Both the position numbers and the translations under genes were made by a program. Shown one piece after another: positions 11,609 to 24,779 of a DNA stretch of 64,000 bases (position 1 is its first letter; each line of letters begins with the position of its first letter). The DNA is from Convolutriloba macropyga (lineage: Eukaryota), in NCBI RefSeq assembly GCF_964194025.1, contig NC_134477.1:53878001-53942000 (forward strand), given 5' to 3'. The notes below the pieces were generated by a model. The model did not search any database. It was not told the origin of the DNA and saw nothing but the letters and a program-made list of their open reading frames with translations.

Positions 11609-14600
11609 GTTGACTTGCCGCGCTCGAGTTGATCAACTACCCTCTAAGGGGAGGCAGGAACTTTTTTCCATGAGAATTTAAAAAAATATATCTCGAAACT
11701 TTTTTCGTTGAAAACGAGGTTTTGGTCAGAAGCGGTACAACATGGAATAGGTTGGTCAGTTTCAATCTTCTTTGAAGGAATAGGTTGGTCAGTTTCAATA
11801 TCCTTTGAAGGAATAGGTTGGTCAGTTTCAATCTCCCTTGAAGGATGAAGACTGCTGGCTTCGTGGAAAAAAATTTATTAATGAAGTTTTGACCAATTTG
11901 TCTGCCTGAGGACCACCGCACGTTCATTACGGAGTGACAACGAACTGAAATTCGAACTTTCAGATTCAGGCCGTGAAAAGTAGTGATTTTAAAGAGTGGA
12001 ATACTCAATTTTCTGTGGCATCTTTTTAAAACGAGCTGTAACGCGCTAAAGAAGTGCACTACCTTGTGGATGTAGACAGATTGGTTCGTGAGTTGAGGGA
12101 AAACACCACTGATGGTGAGAAGTTACGTGAAATAGAATTGTTGGCAAATTGGAACCCCAAAAATGGGCGTGAGATATCAATGAATAGTGGGGTTCAAAAA
12201 GTTCACTAGCTGTACCATTTGATATAGGGTGTGGTTACTATGAAAAACATGAAACAATGTTCTCTTTTCTGGTTAAAGAAATTGATCTCAACATCCTTCT
12301 AAATTAAGACAGGACAAATGAATATAAAACTTACTTGTATATTCCAGCCGAAACAGAGCTATAACCCTGAAGATTTGTCCTTCAGATAATCAAAAACTAA
12401 ATATAATCAAAAACTATTTCAGATAATCAAAAACTAAAGCGAAAAATTGTTGATGAAAAATCTCAGCAAGGAAAAAGGCACATTTTTTTGGTCTGGTTAA
12501 TGAAAAAGGAGCATTACGCTGGTCGAATTCCTTTTTTATAGAAAAGACTTCTTATCAATCTAAGTAAGGGAGAGTTTAGAGATAAAATTTTCTTAGCTAT
12601 TGATTAAGTCGCCTAAAGTTGTTATCATCCAAAAGCTGGCTATACTCAGTTCGTGATTATTATGCCAACCAGCTCATAGAGGTTTGCGATGATGTCAAAA
12701 ATGAGACTCTTCTTCAAATTTTGCAAGGTGATACGTTAGCAAATAGAAGTACCACTACTGATGACAACGCTCAACCACTGCTAGATACAACTGTTAATGG
12801 CTTCTTTGAATTGCTCTTTGGTTTGAAAGTTTAATTCGTATGCTAGGAATTGCCTCTGAAGGGTAAGTTAGGTCGGGAAAGGCAATTTCTGTCCTTCGCA
12901 ATAAGAAAGAAGATTCAAACTTGAGCGTGATCACATACATGAGGAGTCAGCACCCTACAGTAGAAGCCTCGAAAGGAACAGTTGCTTGAAGGGAGGCCGC
13001 TGTTCTAGATTTCTCTATAAGTTCACCTTAAATAATGATTCAAAATCACTGCATTCTAGATATTGGGTTCTGATTCACTCAGCTATTTTGTTTGTAGTTC
13101 TGTTTTTTGTCTTTCTCACCTTTGATACTTTAATTTTTGACTACTGTCACAATTTATACTTGTATATAGGAGTTGAATTGCCGCCCTCGAACTGACCAAC
13201 TAACTTTCTGTTACTTGACATTTTAAAAAAATTATATATATCAAAACTTTTTTTGTTGAAAACCAGGTTTTGGTCAGAAGCGATAGGTCATGGTGGTAGA
13301 GCATTTCCCAGAAAAAAATTGGTCAGTTTCAATCTCCTCTGAAGGATAAAGACTGCTGGCTTCGCGGAAGAGAAACTTTTTAGTGTAAATTTGATCAAAT
13401 TTTCTGCTTGAGGACAACCGCACGTTCATGAAGGATTGACAACGAACTGAAATTTGACAATTCAATTTCACTCCTTGAGATTTGCCAGCAAAACTTCTTC
13501 TATGGAACTTGTAATCTCGTGAATATTTCCACAGAGTATATAATTTGGAAAAGCGGTGGGTTTAAACAGTTGATTACTCAATTTTTTGGCATCTTTTTGA
13601 AACGAGCTGTAACGCGCTAAAGAAGTGCACTACCTTGCGGATATAGACAGATTGGTTCGTGAGTTGAGGGAAAACACCACTGATGGTGAGAAGTTACGTG
13701 AAATAGAATTGTTGGCAAATTGGAACGCCAAAAATGGGCGTGAGATATCAATGAATAGTGGGGTTCAAAATGTTCACTAGCTGTACCATTTGATATAAGG
13801 TGTGGTTACTATGAAAAACATGAAACAATGTTCTCTTTTCTGGTTAAAGAAATTGATCTCAACATCCTTCTAAACTAAGACAGGACAAATGAATATAAAA
13901 CTTACTTGGATATTCCAGCCGAAACAGAGCTATAACCCTGTAGATTAGTCCTTCAGATAATAAAAAACTAAAGATAATCAAAAACTATTTCAGATAATCA
14001 AAAACTAAAGCGAAAAATTGTTGATGAAAAATCTCAGCAAGGAAAAAGGCACATTTTTTTGGTCTGGTTAATGAAAAAGGAGCATTACGCTGGTCGAATT
14101 CCTTTTTTATAGAAAAGACTTCTTATCAATCTAAGTAAGGGAGAGTTTAGAGATAAAATTTTCTTAGCTATTGATTAAGTCGCCTAAAGTTGTTATCATC
14201 CAAAAGCTGGCTATACTCAGTTCGTGATTATTATGCCAACCAGCTCATAGAGGTTTGCGATGATGTCAAAAATGAGACTCTTCTTCAAATTTTGCAAGGT
14301 GATACGTTAGCAAATAGAAGTACCACTACTGATGACAACGCTCAACCACTGCTAGATACAACTGTTAATGGCTTCTTTGAATTGCTCTTTGGTTTGAAAG
14401 TTTAATTCGTATGCTAGGAATTGCCTCTGAAGGGTAAGTTAGGTCGGGAAAGGCAATTTCTGTCCTTCGCAATAAGAAAGAAGATTCAAACTTGAGCGTG
14501 ATCACATACATGAGGAGTCAGCACCCTACAGTAGAAGCCTCGAAAGGAACAGTTGCTTGAAGGGAGGCCGCTGTTCTAGATTTCTCTATAAGTTCACCTG

Positions 14601-16950
14601 AAATAATGATTCAAAATCACCGCATTCTAGATATTGCGTTCTGATTCACTCAGCTATTTTGTTTGTAGTTCTGTTTTTTGTCTTTCTCACCTTTGATACT
14701 TTAATTTTTGACTACTGTCACAATTTATACTTGTATATAGGAGTTGAATTGCCGCCCTCGAACTGACCAACTAACTTGCTGTTACTTGACATTTTAAAAA
14801 AATTATATATATCAAAACTTTTTTTGTTGAAAACCAGGTTTTGGTCAGAAGCGATAGGTCATGGTGGTAGAGCATTTCCCAGAAATAAATTGGTCAGTTT
14901 CAATCTCCTCTGAAGGATGAAGACTGCTGGCTTCGCGGAAGAGAAACTTTTTAGTGTAAATTTGATCAAATTTTCTGCTTGAGGACAACCGCACGTTCAT
15001 GAAGGATTGACAACGAACTGAAATTTGACAATTCAATTTCACGCCTTGAGGTTTGCCAGCAAAACTTCTTCTATGGAACTTGTAATCTCGTGAATATTTC
15101 CACAGAGTATATAATTTGGAAAAGCGGTGGGTTTAAACAGTTGATTACTCAATTTTTTGGCATCTTTTTGAAACGAGCTGTAACGCGCTAAAGAAGTGCA
15201 CTACCTTGCGGATATAGACAGATTGGTTCGTGAGTTGAGGGAAAACACCACTGATGGTGAGAAGTTACGCGAAATAGAATTGTTGGCAAATTGGAACGCC
15301 AAAAATGGGCGTGAGATATCAATGAATAGTGGGGTTCAAAAAGTTCACTAGCTGTACCATTTGATATAAGGTGTGGTTACTATGAAAAACATGAAACAAT
15401 GTTCTCTTTTCTGGTTAAAGAAATTGATCTCAACATCCTTCTAAACTAAGACAGGACAAATGAATATAAAACTTACTTGGATATTCCAGCCGAAACAGAG
15501 CTATAACCCTGTAGATTAGTCCTTCAGATAATCAAAAACTAAAGATAATCAAAAACTATTTCAGATAATCAAAAACTAAAGCGAAAAATTGTTGATGAAA
15601 AATCTCAGCAAGGAAAAAGGCACATTTTTTTGGTCTGGTTAATGAAAAAGGAGCATTACGCTGGTCGAATTCCTTTTTTATAGAAAAGACTTCTTATCAA
15701 TCTAAGTAAGGGAGAGTTTAGAGATAAAATTTTCTTAGCTATTGATTAAGTCGCCTAAAGTTGTTATCATCCAAAAGCTGGCTATACTCAGTTCGTGATT
15801 ATTATGCCAACCAGCTCATAGAGGTTTGCGATGATGTCAAAAATGAGACTCTTCTTCAAATTTTGCAAGGTGATACGTTAGCAAATAGAAGTACCACTAC
15901 TGATGACAACGCTCAACCACTGCTAGATACAACTGTTAATGGCTTCTTTGAATTGCTCTTTGGTTTGAAAGTTTAATTCGTATGCTAGGAATTGCCTCTG
16001 AAGGGTAAGTTAGGTCGGGAAAGGCAATTTCTGTCCTTCGCAATAAGAAAGAAGATTCAAACTTGAGCGTGATCACATACATGAGGAGTCAGCACCCTAC
16101 AGTAGAAGCCTCGAAAGGAACAGTTGCTTGAAGGGAGGCCGCTGTTCTAGATTTCTCTATAAGTTCACCTGAAATAATGATTCAAAATCACTGCATTCTA
16201 GATATTGGGTTCTGATTCACTCAGCTATTTTGTTTGTAGTTCTGTTTTTTGTCTTTCTCACCTTTGATACTTTAATTTTTGACTACTGTTACAATTTATA
16301 CTTGTATATAGGAGTTGAATTGCCGCCCTCGAACTGACCAACTAACTTTCTGCTACTTGACATTTTAAAAAATTTATATATATCAAAACTTTTTTTGTTG
16401 AAAACCAGGTTTTGGTCAGAAGCGATAGGTCATGGTGGTAGAGCATTTCCCAGAAATAAGTTGGTCAGTTTCAATCTCCTCTGAAGGATGAAGACTGCTG
16501 GCTTCGCGGAAGAGAAACTTTTTAATGTAAATTTGATCGAATTTTCTGCTTGAGGACAACCGCACGTTCATGAAGGATTGACAACGAACTGAAATTTGAC
16601 AATTCAATTTCACGCCTTGAGATTTGCCAGCAAAACTTCTTCTATGGATTTTGTAATCTCGTGAATATTTCCACAGAGTATATAATTTGGAAAAGCGGTG
16701 GGTTTAAACAGTTGATTACTCAATTTTTTGGCATCTTTTTGAAGCGAACTATAACGAATTGATGAATTACACTTCTTCGCGGATGTAAACTGATTGGTTT
16801 TGTGAGTTGAGAGAGAGAGCAACAATGATGGTGAGAATTTATAAGAAATAGAATCGTCGGCAAAGTGGAACGCCAAAAACTGACGTGAGGCAACAATGAA
16901 TAGAGGGGTTAAACAAGTTCATGAGCTGTTGAACGATCAAAAAATACAGT
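11609..16950 (+). repeat. tandem array of a 1,571-bp chimeric retroelement-derived unit (three near-identical units plus partial flanking units)
   Basis: Identical ORFs at 12619/14190/15761 and near-identical ORFs at 13274/14845/16416 (offset 1571). Unit-start motif GTTGAATTGCCGCCCTCGAACTGACCAAC at ~13171, 14742 and 16313, diverged at 11609. Confidence 0.95.
11744..11842. repeat. 3 x 33-bp micro-tandem repeat
   Basis: GGAATAGGTTGGTCAGTTTCAAT...TTGAA three times; single copy in the other 1,571-bp units. Confidence 0.9.
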
Positions 16951-17259
16951 TTGTACCATTTGATAAAAAGCTGGTTTTCGCGTTATGAAAGAGACAACTT
17001 ACTCTGATAAACTGAATGAAAGCATTAGTGCCAGTCAGTTTGAGGCTGCTAATGGAGAAAGCGACGATCCAATCATATAAACTGCGAAATTGATAAATAA
17101 CGGTCTGCATCAAGGCCAACAATTTTTTCTGGAGATTGTTATTATCATTGAAGTTTTCCCGGTTCTGGGCTCAGTTATTGATTACGATAGAAAACTGTTT
17201 TAATTTAAAGGAAGAACTATAATGACCATTCAAATTCACGCCAAAAAAACTCATGTCTT

Positions 17260-19440
17260 GAAATTTGACAATTCAAATTTACGCATTGGAATTTGCCAGC
17301 AAAGCTTCTTCTATAGAACTAGTGCTCTTGTTAAAAGACTTCCACAGAGTATACAATTTGAAAAGGCAGCGGGTTTAAAAAGTTAATTACTCAATTATCT
17401 GTGGCATCTTTCTGAAACGAACGAGAACGAACTAATGAATTGCACGTCCTTGCGGATGTAGACAGGTTGGGTCGTCAGTTGAGGGAGAAAAAAACTGATG
17501 GTAAGAATTTATGTGAGATAGAATTGTCGGCAAAGTGGAACGCCAAAAATTGACATGAGACACCAATGAATAGAGGGGATAAAAAGTCATGAGGTTTTGA
17601 AAGATCAGTAACTACTAGCTGTTCTTTTTGATAAAGGATTTGGTTTTCGCGTTATGAAAAACACAATCTACTCGGATAAACTGAGGGAAATCCTTAATGC
17701 CAGTCAGTTTGAGGCTCGTAATGGCAAAAGCGACGATCTAACCACAAAAACTGAGAAACTGATAAATAACAGTCTGCATCAACTAATGAAGCAAGGAACG
17801 ATAAGTGAAAAAATTGATCATAGGCTTAAGATGACTGGATTGCAACCACCCAGGTTTTTTGGTTTTGCTAAATACAAAAAAAAACGGTACGCAGTTTTGG
17901 CTTGTTCCGTCAATACCCGGTAGCAGTTACGAGAACCTCAATAAATTCTGGTCTCACTTTTTGTAGAAGTTATTAGGTGCAAATATTGAGAAAAGCCCAA
18001 AGGATGCTGGAGGCGCTTTAGAGGAGATCAATTTGGAAGAAGATGAGCTAGTAGTATCACTCGATGTTAAAAGCTTGTACACCAATGGATCCGTTGAGGA
18101 GACAATTGAAAAAGCGCTTAAAGAGCTGTATTCCAGTGACGAGGTTCCTGACGTTCCGAGGTCAGCTATGAAGAACTTTCTTTTTGAGAGTAGCTGTAAC
18201 GGATGCTCACTTTAATTGTAATAAAATGTGGTACAATCAATCGGACCGTTTAGCTATGGGTTCTTCCCTGGCGGTAATTTTGGCAAATTTGTGGATGAAG
18301 TTGTTTGGAAAAATCTTTGCACAAACCAAACGAGGGAAGCGAGATTAAAATTCCCGACATAAAGCAAATGTGCTTTGATTGTAACCGACGCGTTACCTAC
18401 CGAATGAAAAGAGTCGAGTTTGAATCGTACTAAACAGTTTTCATGAAAACTGCCAAGTATCACTGACAAGCAGTAAAAAATTATGCATGCAATTATGTAT
18501 GGATCTGTTCCTATTGTGCGGAAAAACATACAACAGAGGACACACTGGAATTAGAACTATTCAAGAGGTATGCGGATGACAAAGTGTGTACTGTCAGGAG
18601 GATTTCTCTAGATTACCTTGAGTATGCACATTCCCTTTACCAAAAACTGACAATTCATTCTTCAGAAACCCAACTAGAATGCAGACCTGGCAACCATAGA
18701 TCTAAACATGAACTTACACGATGAAAGAAAAATTAGCTGACATTGGTATCAAAAATCAACTGATACCGGCACAATCCTAAATTTCCCTAGCTGTGCAACG
18801 TTAAAATGTAAGAAAAATGTAATTCAGGGGAAAGTACATAAAACTTTTAATGAAATCATGACTGGCAATCCCTTAATGTAGCTCTTAAAAAAATCAAGAT
18901 ATCTGGTCTAAAAATCATTATCCAACTGAGTGCCGCTTTATGAATGGTACGTTGGATAAAATAGTCACGAAAGAAAAAATTACGCAAAACCCACCAAAAA
19001 TGATCACAAAGATGATCATAAACCGATATTTTTTGTTCAATACAGAGGAAGCCAATCAAACTTTTGCAAGTAGACTAAAACCATTGGTTGACATTCAGAT
19101 CACTTTTGCACCTAGAAAATATTAAGAACTTGCTTGCCCACCTTGAAATCTTCTTTTTATAAAAATCTGAAATCGCAAGTGGTATATAACGTTACATGTA
19201 TTGGATACAGTTACTTCTATGTTGGCCAAACCAGCCAACATGTCACCATCAGAATTTGGGAGCACCAAAAGAAATACTCCAATGTGGGACAACACTTCGT
19301 TGAATATTGTGGCACAGCGCATAATATTGAATGGTAGATTCTAGATGCATCTCGCGTGGTTGATCAACTGATGACAATAGAAGCGATCTACACCAAAAAG
19401 CTGAACCGCAAATAAATATGAGCGATGAGCGTGTCGCACA
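17260..19440 (+). mobile_element. Penelope-like retroelement (RT + GIY-YIG endonuclease), pseudogenised, preceded by a partial tandem 5' copy at ~16590-17120
   Basis: Fragmented ORFs: PPRFFGFAK (17850), VSLDVKSLYTN (18055), AMGSSLAVILANLW (18253), FKRYADD (18560), and GIY-YIG-type VVYNVTC...YVGQTSQHVTIRIWEHQK (19178-19272). Multiple stops and frameshifts. Confidence 0.9.
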
Positions 19441-20511
19441 TGTTATGCTTGAAATTCGGTTCGGTTGCTTTGTGTTCAATGATTTAGGTTGAACTCCTTT
19501 GATTTAATTTTGGTATCACTTGCTTTTTCGCATTTTTATTAGTCTTCTCATTAAAAATTATTCGTTAGAAACAGTTTCATGTTTCAAGCAATTGCCAGGA
19601 ACTAAATTGCAAACGAGTATCAGATGAGTAGTAAAAAGCAGTATTGAAAAGCATTTTTTTCCTCGTTTTTTCTAAAGACTATTTTTTGTTGTGGTTGCAT
19701 TTTTCATTTGAATTCCGTTCAACTAGATTCTTAAAATTCTTTAATTACCTGGAGGACATGACTTGGAAATTCTTGTGCAGCAATAACGAAACATATCTAA
19801 ATAAAAACCGTATAAAAACTAGGGCGGAAGGCTATAAGGAATTTCGTGAAATAGTAGATGTTAGCAGAAAATTAAAAACTCTGCTTTTCCAAATTTTCTC
19901 GATTTGAGTTTTTTTCTGAAAGTTTTTTGCTGTATAGAGATTGCTTCAAAAACCCAGCCAACGGAGTAATTTTTTATGTATTGGTATAAAACAGTTTTTA
20001 CTTTGTTTTGGTGTTTAAACAAAATTGTAAAATCCATTACAATATTAAATGTTTTTTACAATTGTGGCAACTGAATGATTAACCCCCCCCCTCGTTCTTC
20101 TATTTTTCCCTTTTCTGTTTACCTTTCATTTTAAAAGCTCCCCTTTTTCACCCAAAGTAACCTCTAATTGGGAAAAAATGCTGTTCCTTTTTTTCGCTAA
20201 GAAGCGTAAACTTAATGTGAAATTTTGACCGAAGAGAAAAAGCCGGCCGCACATATATATTCCCCCAATACTTCTATACTTCAATAGAATATCATCCAAT
20301 TCAGTAACCGGACAATCTTTCGATTATTTGAAACTGTATTATTTATTTTAAAAAAACGCAAAATTATAAAAAAGACCGTGTACACAATCAGGCAGCGATG
20401 GATGTAGGATGGAAAAAAAGGGATGATGAGTAGCACTTAGCTGGATGCTGCACTTCAAGCTATTCCCCTCCAGACAATGTAAAGACGGCCCAGTCACAAA
20501 AATAACCAACA

Positions 20512-20642
20512 NNNNNNNNNNNNNNNNNNNNNNNNNNNNNNNNNNNNNNNNNNNNNNNNNNNNNNNNNNNNNNNNNNNNNNNNNNNNNNNNNNNNNNNNN
20601 NNNNNNNNNNNNNNNNNNNNNNNNNNNNNNNNNNNNNNNNNN
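20512..20642. other. assembly gap (131 N)
   Basis: Run of N flanked by ...AACA and CACACA... Confidence 1.
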
Positions 20643-20728
20643 CACACATAGGAAATTGGTATGGAAGGATTAAAATAAAAATGGATTATCAAGGAATAAG
20701 CTAAAGAAAAAAGTTAAGCAGCCAAACA

Positions 20729-23700
20729 ATCAGTGCAGCCTTCCCTCCTCCACAACGGCGCTAGTCGAAGTCTCACTCAGAACACGACGCTTGAGGGCGC
20801 CACATCCCCTCAAGCGGAGAACACAGCGCCTCAGAAGTGCGAAGCTGATTTTCGTTCGGATTTAGCTTATAGTATCGGCGTACGGCTCACCGCGTGTTTC
20901 GCTGATCTTGATTGGGAGTTGTTTCCTAACTCTCGATGCTTTTGGCCCAGCAACGCTCGAGCAACAAAAACCAGTGCGTTGAAAATGCTGTGTTCCGTTT
21001 CGCAGATTTGCTTTTCGTAACTATTTGGCTTGATGCTCTCGTGATATTTGTATGCATCTTTTATGGTCTAAGGGCAGCTCTTCGTGTGAGGGTTGAAAAT
21101 CTTCAATTCGAAGAAAATGCGATTAAAGCGGGAGCCCCAAAGATAGTTTGCTTTGATTTCCAGTCGAGCGTTATCATCAGTAGCGTTGGAATTACACGAG
21201 AAAATTTCTCTATCGAACAACTGAAGTATTGGCTCGATCTGGACATTGTGGCAAACCTCATCCATCAGGTTTGCAAACACGTCTCTGAGTTCGTAGGTTC
21301 GTATTCCCGCCTTTGGCGCAATGTAGGGCATGGGTGAGGCTAAATTCTCTCCCGCATGGGCATATGGCTGCCGTGTTCTCCGCTTCCCCGGTGTAGCGAG
21401 GTGCTATTCCATCACGGAACTCAGTCTTCGTGAGGTCAAAACCATGTTTTAATAACGGAAGAGCGTTAGGCCAGCTAGATGCTCCTTTCTCGGAGGCCAG
21501 CTGGATAGTATGCTTCGTTTCTGGTAGATCGTTTTCAATTTTGGATTTTTTCAAGATGAGTTCACGTTGCTTGTCTTCTTTCCCTCTGAGACTCATCTTC
21601 GTTTATTCTAATTCTCAATGTTGAATTTCAAATGTATCATTATTGAATGACGCCAATGGACTTGAGAGTTCAATTGATTGCTCAAGACTTTTATGAAGAT
21701 CTTGTGGGAGGGCGATGTTAAGCCCACCCATTCTGAGAGGGAGAGGAAAAAATTTTCTTTCCTATTGGATTATACCTTTACCAACGATGTTCGGTATGAC
21801 TCGCTCAAGCTGCTCCTCCACCTTGTCCAAAAAATTGTCCATGGTGGCTGTAGTACGCGAGAAGACGCTCAAATTCTGTCTGTTGAACCGCCTTCGTCAA
21901 ACATGCATAGGCATTCTGAGGAGAGGTGAGAGCAAATTGACAAGATCTGTTCAATTTTTCTGTGTATTTAATTTCTGCATCCTTCAAGAAATTTTTACTG
22001 GCATCAGAGCTTCCGATAACTGATCCCAGGACTTGAGCATTCTGTGTGATTTCCACAATTGTTCCTGCAAACACAGTTGACGCATGGCACTCGTCTCCTG
22101 GCTTATTTATCAACTGACACTTCGGTGGTTGACAAGATATCCGTACTTTGGACCGAGCTGAGTGGGCTTGTCGAAGAGTGCCCTGATACCTTTCAAATTA
22201 CCGGCGTCGCTACCATCATCAGCATGCCATTTTTGTGTCAAGGAGTCATTGTCAGGTCTTGTTATTAGGGGTAGGATTGCGATTCCATCCATTGTCATCG
22301 CAAGGGGATCGCCTTGTGTGGTACCTTCCTGAGGCAGAATGGTCAACTTACCGACGTAGAGAGAAAACGGATGGCTATAGGAATTCTGTAAGGCAGCATG
22401 CAATGTTGGGCATAATGATCTCACGTTCTCTAATGCTTTTTGTCTATTGTGCACGTTAAATGCGTTTTTGGCATCAATTAGTATAATGGCCTCTTTTTCG
22501 GGATCATCATCAAAACTGTGGCAAAGCGCATGTATGGCATGTTCTATGCTGCATTTCTGGCCCAGGCACAGCTGCTTGTTTGCAATGAGGGTTGTTAGAT
22601 CTTGCGTGATGCAGTCGACGATTATGCCTCCGCTGATGTGACGCATTACTTCACCAGTACCATTAGGTCTCACAACTGGACGTTTATCCAGAGTCTTTAG
22701 TCGACATCGATTGTATGCAATCAAATCATCCGGTGATATTATTGACGTAGCCGGCCTCTTAGCAAACTTGGCAACAAGCTTACACATGGTCGTGGACGTA
22801 TGCCCGAAAGCAGAAGGTAGTCTACGCCAGTCATCGGCTTCGAAGCTTGATGTCCCGGCACTGCCATGAGTCTTCACTGCATGCTTTTGGACGATCCTGG
22901 CTCTGATTTTGTCGAAAACAGTGGGGTGGTAGGGAAGCGCGCGTGGATGTTCGCTTTGAATGCAGTTGGGCTCCAAGGGTTGCCCTTCAGGATGTTTGTC
23001 GCGTAAAATCTCGAAGATGGTCTTCAGTCTATGAGATCGATAGGTGCGAGCGCGCCGCCTTTTTGCTCATCCGAAAGAATGCGAATAGCAATACTGATCT
23101 TACCACGAGACATGAAAACGTTGAACTTCTTGAGATCAGAGTGCTGCTTTTTTTCCTTGAGTTAATTCTCATTTGTGTTGCCTTGGCTTCAGAGAACAGC
23201 TCTGAGAAATTGCGGCTGTGCCATGCACTCAGTCTACGCTTGATGGTCTCAATGTTTGATCCATTGTCCGTGTTCTTTGTTGTGTTGGACTGAGGGTAAG
23301 GTGCGGAAATATCATACAGAGGGTCAGAGATATATCGGATCTATCCGTGTTTACACGGCAACCGGGGAGAGGACACAAGCCTTCGGCGAACTGTTCACCT
23401 GTTGTTGTTTTTTTGGGGATTTACAGCTGTGCTGAAGGGTCTAAAGTCCGCGTCATCAAATTAAAATAATGTCCAATAGTTTCTACAGTTTTGACAATCG
23501 CAGAACAATTGCCAAGTGCACATATTTCGCTCAGAAAATTCGAAAAAATTCCACATTGTACGTAATATTCGGTTTTTCTGTCCAGATGGTTCCCTTAAGT
23601 TTCTTAAATTTTCTTGCTGTCTTGTTCTTACTGAGCGTGAAGAACGAGGGCTTCCATGAGACGACCTCGCGGTATAATTCGCGCACTGTTACCGCGTGAT

Positions 23701-23990
23701 GAGGCTGGAAGTTGTCCCAAAAAATATTCGATGGTGCGGCGATGGAACGTTCGGGGGCGGGCGATGTTGCAGGATCTATGAGTGCAGTGTCGGGAACGGT
23801 CAAAGCATTGTGTAGGGCCGGCGATGCGATTGCTGTTTCGGTGGCTGCGGTGACCTCAGAGCAGCATTTGCATGCTTGTTTTATGTCGAATCTCGAGTTG
23901 ACGTTTCTTGTGAAGCCCACCACCAGCGGCTAGAAAGTTTTGCAGTTGTTTCTGTCGCTCAGGTGTCCTTACGTATTTCTCAGCGATAAT
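20729..23990 (-). mobile_element. CRE-like non-LTR retrotransposon (RT + Zn knuckle + restriction-like endonuclease), pseudogenised
   Basis: Minus-strand ORFs: ILIDAKNAFN, EGTTQGDPLAM, WHADDG, GPKYGYLVN (22110-22976); KGASSWPNALPL...EFRDGIAPRY and CPCG...HALHCAKGG (21258-21596); RLEIKANYLWG...FFELKIFNPH (21068-21331); C-terminal KISFALLR. Frameshifted. Confidence 0.88.
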
Positions 23991-24432
23991 GGCCCATTAA
24001 TGAAAAACCATCACATACAGTGATGGCCTCTAAAACATAGGCCAACATAAAAACACTAAAACCAGGCTCAACAAAACTAATGACATCTTTAGAAGAACCA
24101 AATTGCTCTTCAATTACATCTAAAGTGTTAAATGACTATGGAAAATTTCCTTAACTAAATTAATTTAACGTACAAAATGTACCGCAAAGATTATACCGAG
24201 AAGAAATGCACTTGGATATTGATCTGATTATGTGAAAACTGTAACATACACAAGATAAACTGTGGGGATCTTTAAAACGGCCGGAAACCCCAGAGCTCAG
24301 CCTCTAAATCCGTTACTACTACTGGCAAAATTATGTTTGATTAGTGCTATGGTTTCCTGCTTTTGATGAAATGGGCCCAGCCGTGAGAGCTGTTATCATC
24401 ACCATTTTTCTGTATTTGTATGATTTTTTCAG

Positions 24433-24779
24433 ATGGAGGAGCTGTATGATAAACTACTGTGCAGCCCTTTTGCTGGTAATTTTCGATACGGGACTTCTGG
24501 GTTTCGAGATTTAGCCGAAACTCTGCTACCCATTGTCCCGAGAGTTGCTTTAGTAACTGCTTTGAGATGTGTGTTTGTGAATGATAAAGAAACTGCATCA
24601 CTAGCATGTGGCATTATGGTTACTGCTAGTCATAATCCGATGCAGGATAACGGACTTAAAATAGTCGATGTTACTGGTTCGATGTTGCCCATAGAGTGGG
24701 AAGCCATTTGTACCAATATAGTGAATGCAAAATCTAGGGATGAATTGCAAGGGGCGGTTAATTCTGCTGTACCTGGGCT
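24433..24779 (+). CDS. PGM3: PGM3 coding exon 1
   Basis: MEEL...YGTSGFR...TASHNPMQDNGLK; donor GTAAGT at 24780. Confidence 0.92.

Noticed and set aside
11744-11842. CRISPR-like short direct repeats
   Set aside because: Contiguous 33-bp tandem units with no unique spacers, in eukaryotic context with no cas genes.
20500-20730. CRE element targeted to a (CA)n microsatellite
   Set aside because: Suggested only by CA bases flanking the gap; the sequence is missing, so it cannot be supported.
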